This document shows, one piece after another, positions 56,454 through 64,000 of a stretch of DNA of 64,000 nucleotides (the first letter of the stretch is position 1; every line of letters begins with the position of its first letter). The notes beneath the pieces are model-generated. The model ran no database searches, had not been told where the DNA came from, and saw only the letters and a list, made by a program, of their open reading frames with translations. The position numbers were made by a program, and so were the translations under genes. This DNA comes from Eledone cirrhosa. Its lineage: Eukaryota. The stretch lies in NCBI GenBank assembly GCA_964016885.1, contig CAXHJY010000786.1, forward strand, positions 14,653-78,652. Reading direction: 5' to 3'.

Positions 56454-59171
56454 AAGAAATTAAATTTTCTCTTATCTATACTTATGTCCGAGTATCTAAA
56501 TTTTTATACCATTTACTACTGAATAGTAGGGCAAAAGTTATTGCCTCTGTTATGTGGAGTAAAGTTTATTGTATTGAATACATACTCTTATATAGGTATG
56601 TAAAATTACAATATGGCGGTCAGCTATACAATTCTGCAATTAAATTACTGTTGACATGAAAACGTTAATTGATAATAATTATATGATGATGAAGACTCAA
56701 CAGTAATTTAATGGCTAATGTTAACTGATGAATAAATAAAATATTTTTTGAGATAGTATTATTTCCTCACCGCACAATTATTTTCATCCAGTCATTTGAT
56801 AGTGACATAAAATATATCTTATCTCACCTGAACATGTTTAGCAGCGATAGGTGCCTCATAAAAAAGATGCTTCGTAGTATGAATTTATTTCGAGGTTCGG
56901 TTTGAATTTTCATAACATTTTTGTTATTGTACCAGTAATGTACTGGTGGAATTTCATCGACTTTCTCCTGCACTGAAATTGGTGATTTTGTGTTTAAAGT
57001 AGAAACAATTGTTACTGCTGTTATTGTTTCTGGTCTTGTTATTGTTAGTATTGATACTGTTGTTATTGTTAGTGTTATTATTGTTAATGTTGTTTTTGTG
57101 GAGTTGTTATTGTTGTTATTGTTGTCCCAGTTAACCAGGACATCATTAACCGATCAGACATAAGATTTAAAATTTTCGTTTTCCAAGCATAGCAAATCGA
57201 GAAAAATATTATTCAATGAGTTCTTTCATTTTTATTTTATATGGTCGCGTGTGGTTTGAAGCCGATTTGGCATATATTTTTAATAGATTTATCGATCTTG
57301 TAAAATCTCTAATGTTGTCTGACCTGTATACCTAGACATTTTAGAGTTGGTAGCAACTAAAGTGGATGGAATTGGTTACAACAGAGAATGGCATTTGCTA
57401 TCGCCGTCTACTAATATATAACGGTATATGTCCCAGCTGAATATTTCAGGATTTTGAAGTTATTAAAGCAGCTCTTATTTCTTGTGTTTGTATCAAGTAA
57501 ATGCGAGAAAAATACATTTCTTAAACAAAACTTTTTCTTGTAGATACTCGCTTAGCTTATATTAAATCTGATAATGGATTGTTACAATCTTAAGAGCGAC
57601 GAACCATTGCTTTATGTTCTGAGTTCGAATTCTGCCAGTATCGATTATATATTTCATACATGCACAGTGTTAAAATATGGTACTGGGGTCGTGTAACTCT
57701 TTACTTTCTCTTTAAAAAATAGGCTTATATCTTATTGTTTGCTGTGGTTCAACTGAAAACATCATCCGTTTCCATCCCCCGAATAAAAGCAAGGGTTTTG
57801 AGTAAAAGGGCTGACAATATCTTCCCTTAAATATGCAGTTTGCTACTGAAATAGCCCAAAAGATTTATCTGTGAAGTAGAAAGCATATATTGAAGGCCCG
57901 TTGTGCGACACAGCACAAGACCGACGAAAGGCTTATGATGATAATGGCGTCGCTGTCTGTCGTGCCAATGGTGAGGCTGATGTTGATAGATATATATTAT
58001 ATATACACTGGACTAGAAAGATACCGAGACACATGGTATGCTGGTTTATGTTACATATTTCCAAGAAGCGGATAGAAAGACGAAATCAACTTTGATATAA
58101 TATCATCTTTCTAAATACATACAACTCCCCAAATTCTCATGAATCTTTAAATAAATGATTTAGTTACGTTTGTTGTTATTTAAATATATATCAGAATATC
58201 ATTCTGTGGATCTTTATTCTTTTATCCTTTCAAAATGGTGTTCATTATAAATTTAAAATATCGTAATTTAATTTTGAAATTCTTATATGTATCCATTTAT
58301 ATATCCGTTTCAACAGATATATATTTACTAATCAATCAAGCAAAATGCAAGACATCTATCTATCTATCTATCTATTTATCTATCTACATATATACATATG
58401 AATATGAATATATACGGAGAAGAGGAAACTCTTTCTTGCAGAGGCCTTTACAGAAGATTGCTGAAGGCTGTGTTTGTATGTGTGTATATATATATGTGTG
58501 TGTGTGTGTGAGTGTGTGTCTAAATATTGAGTAAATGGAAGTGAGGTTGAAAAAAGATTTACGAATAGAAAATCCAATTAGGAAACATTATATCCATAGC
58601 CATCAAAATTTGAAAGTAAAGATTAACGTGTTTCCTTCGTATTAGCAAAGGTGGTTGGAGATATAGAGGCGTGTAATTATTTCTATTAGAATAGAGCTAG
58701 CATGTTATCATCATTCGAGGCTTTGGCTACAGAAGCTAATAATAATAATTAGAATTGAGAACATTGCAGAAAAAAATGTGTAGCAGTAATCTGTTATAAA
58801 AATGGGAGGCAAGCCATTTTGCAAGACCATTAAATTCTTCCTCCGAGGTCATGTTATCGTTTATATTATTATATTTGTTTCTATCATTCTTAAGATTATA
58901 TTTCGAGTTGCGAAATTCACCCCGTTCATCTAACATATTCAGACAACCATTTATAACTTTAGCTACTCTCTCTAACACTCCATTTTGCTTATCCATTTGA
59001 TTCTTCATGTCTCATAATATTGTTTCCCTGGTTGGTTTCAAAGACACTCCTGGTTTGTTCTTGTACCACATGTTTAGATTGATTTATACATGCTCTCAAT
59101 GTCTAACAACATACTTAAACACCATCCTGAAATATTTTACGAGATGAACACGAAACAGATCTTCCATCATT

Positions 59172-59354
59172 ATTGGCAGTACCGCTAGAGGGTCGGACGC
59201 ACTGCTTTGACGCATAGAGATACGGTCCTTGCCATTCTGAGTTCAAATCCCGCCGAGGTTAACTTTGCCTTTCATCCTTACGGGGTCGATAAAATAAAGT
59301 ACCAGTAATGTACTGGTTAATTGATGGCCTTGTGTCAAATGTAGAAACAATTAT
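59172..59354 (+). mobile_element. SINE family 1, short form
   Basis: Head, B box GAGTTCAAATCCC, core and tail. Confidence 0.85.
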
Positions 59355-59449
59355 AGTAACAAAGCATTGTTCGAATTAAGTGTAAAATATTTAATTATAT
59401 ATGTCTTTTGTACTTGCAATGTAATTTCCCGTAAGAACTGTTTTGCTCA

Positions 59450-61417
59450 GGTGTTAAGGTAGAGATGAAAGGTGGTGGTTCACCTGGTGTTAAGGTAGAG
59501 ATGAAAGGTGGTGGTTCACCTGGTGTTAAGGTAGAGATGAAAGGTGGTGGTTCACCTGGTGTTAAGGTAGAGATGAAAGGTGGTGGTTCACCTGGTGTTA
59601 AGGTAGAGATGAAAGGTGGTGGTTCACCTGGTGTTAAGGTAGAGATGAAAGGTGGTGGTTCACCTGGTGTTAAGGTGGAGATGAAAGGTGGTGGTTCACC
59701 TGGTGTTAAGGTGGTGGTTCACCTGGTGTTAAGGTGGTGGTTCACCTGGTGTTAAGGTAGAGATGAAAGGTGGTGGTTCACCTGGTGTTAAGGTAGAGAT
59801 GAAAGGTGGTGGTTCACCTGGTGTTAAGGTAGAGATGAAAGGTGGTGGTTCACCTGGTGTTAAGGTAGAGATGAAAGGTGGTGGTTCACCTGGTGTTAAG
59901 GTAGAGATGAAAGGTGGTGGTTCACCTGGTGTTAAGGTAGAGATGAAAGGTGGTGGTTCACCTGGTGTTAAGGTAGAGATGAAAGGTGGTGGTTCACCTG
60001 GTGTTAAGGTAGAGATGAAAGGTGGTGGTTCACCTGGTGTTAAGGTAGAGATGAAAGGTGGTGGTTCACCAGGTGTTAAGGTAGAGATGAAAGGTGGTGG
60101 TTCACCTGGTGTTAAGGTGGTGGTTCACCTGGTGTTAAGGTGGTGGTTCACCTGGTGTTAAGGTAGAGATGAAAGGTGGTGGTTCACCTGGTGTTAAGGT
60201 GGTGGTTCACCTGGTGTTAAGGTAGAGATTAAAGGTGGTGGTTCACCTGGTGTTAAGGTGGTGGTTCACCTGGTGTTAAGGTAGAGATGAAAGGTGGTGG
60301 TTCACCTGGTGTTAAGGTGGTGGTTCACCTGGTGTTAAGGTAGAGATGAAAGGTGGTGGTTCACCTGGTGTTAAGGTGGTGGTTCACCTGGTGTTAAGGT
60401 AGAGATGAAAGGTGGTGGTTCACCAGGTGTTAAGGTGGTGGTTCACCTGGTGTTAAGGTAGAGATGAAAGGTGGTGGTGGTTCACCTGGTGTTAAGGTGG
60501 TGGTTCACCTGGTGTTAAGGTAGAGATGAAAGGTGGTGGTTCACCTGGTGTTAAGGTGGTGGTTCACCTGGTGTTAAGGTGGAGATGAAAGGTGGTGGTT
60601 CACCAGGTGTTAAGGTGGAGATGAAAGGTGGTGGTTCACCAGGTGTTAAGGTGGTGGTTCACCTGGTGTTAAGGTAGAGATGAAAGGTGGTGGTTCACCT
60701 GGTGTTAAGGTGGTGGTTCACCTGGTGTTAAGGTAGAGATGAAAGGTGGTGGTGGTTCACCTGGTGTTAAGGTGGTGGTTCACCTGGTGTTAAGGTAGAG
60801 ATGAAAGGTGGTGGTTCACCTGGTGTTAAGGTGGTGGTTCACCTGGTGTTAAGGTGGAGATGAAAGGTGGTGGTTCACCAGGTGTTAAGGTGGAGATGAA
60901 AGGTGGTGGTTCACCAGGTGTTAAGGTAGAGATGAAAGGTGGTGGTTCACCTGGTGTTAAGGTGGAGATGAAAGGTGGTGGTTCACCTGGTGTTAAGGTG
61001 GAGATGAAAGGTGGTGGTTCACCTGGTGTTAAGGTGGTGGTTCACCAGGTGTTAAGGTAGAGATGAAAGGTGGTGGTTCACCTGGTGTTAAGGTGGAGAT
61101 GAAAGGTGGTGGTTCACCTGGTGTTAAGGTGGTGGTTCACCTGGTGTTAAGGTAGAGATGAAAGGTGGTGGTTCACCTGGTGTTAAGGTAGAGATGAAAG
61201 GTGGTGGTTCACCTGGTGTTAAGGTGGAGATGAAAGGTGGTGGTTCACCTGGTGTTAAGGTGGTGGTTCACCAGGTGTTAAGGTAGAGATGAAAGGTGGT
61301 GGTTCACCTGGTGTTAAGGTAGAGATGAAAGGTGGTGGTTCACCTGGTGTTAAGGTAGAGATGAAAGGTGGTGGTTCACCAGGTGTTAAGGTAGAGATGA
61401 AAGGTGGTGGTTCACCT
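59450..61417. repeat. ~2-kb minisatellite of 36-bp and 23-bp units
   Basis: GGTGTTAAGGTAGAGATGAAAGGTGGTGGTTCACCT and GGTGTTAAGGTGGTGGTTCACCT. Confidence 0.95.
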
Positions 61418-61984
61418 TTAGTTTGACTCTAGTCAAAGTTAAGAACTCGGGATTATAAGATTTTATATACGGCATCATCTTCATTCTCAATATCATCATA
61501 ATTATCACCATCTTCTTACTTCTACTCCTAGTCATCATCATCATCATCAACATCATCAACCTCATCATCACCCTCCTCCTCCTCATCCTACTCATCATCA
61601 TCATCGTCCTACGCATTGTTATGGTGATGGAGCTTATCCTTATATTAATTATCATAATCTACTTCATCATTCTGGTCATTATCATCATCATCATAATCAT
61701 GACAATCACCATCATTCTTATATTCTACAAATTCATCATCTTCATCACTATAACCATCGTATACACATACACACACATATATATTATACATACATATAAT
61801 ACATACATACACACGCACACACATACATATAATACATACATACACACGCACACACATATATATATATTACAGAGTCGGGTCAGATCGATACAGATCGAAC
61901 CTTGAGCTGATCAGTGGCGGAACGGGCGTCACCAACCAATAAACGTAATGAAGGAGTAACCAATCGTCCTTGTTATCTTATTTC

Positions 61985-64000
<2,016 letters not shown>

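Noticed and set aside
59465-61060. MKGGGSPGVKVE repeat protein or CRISPR-like array
   Set aside because: 23-bp units break the frame; there are no unique spacers or cas genes, and the context is eukaryotic

Overview
AT-rich, gene-poor eukaryotic DNA, probably intronic or intergenic. The SINE family and extreme (TA)n/(CA)n content suggest an octopus or other coleoid cephalopod (inference). No host protein-coding gene could be identified; the long ORFs are microsatellite translations, apart from one RTE fragment (25726-26118). The window holds about 20 copies of one tRNA-headed SINE in two length forms and RTE LINE relics (endonuclease, linker, 3' ends, and one apparently internally deleted 5'UTR+3'end element). 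It also has a Tigger/pogo relic, a mariner-type MITE, a non-autonomous Helitron and several large minisatellites. The main hidden signal is a set of type I hammerhead-ribozyme motifs (stem I-CUGANGA-stem II-GAAA-stem III-NUH-stem I') from several sequence families. Many lie in short elements that form head-to-head palindromes within or beside (TA)n tracts, as expected for Penelope-like pLTR or retrozyme-type non-autonomous retroelements. One family shows a compensatory base-pair change in stem I, and three families share a downstream CTC..GAG hairpin.
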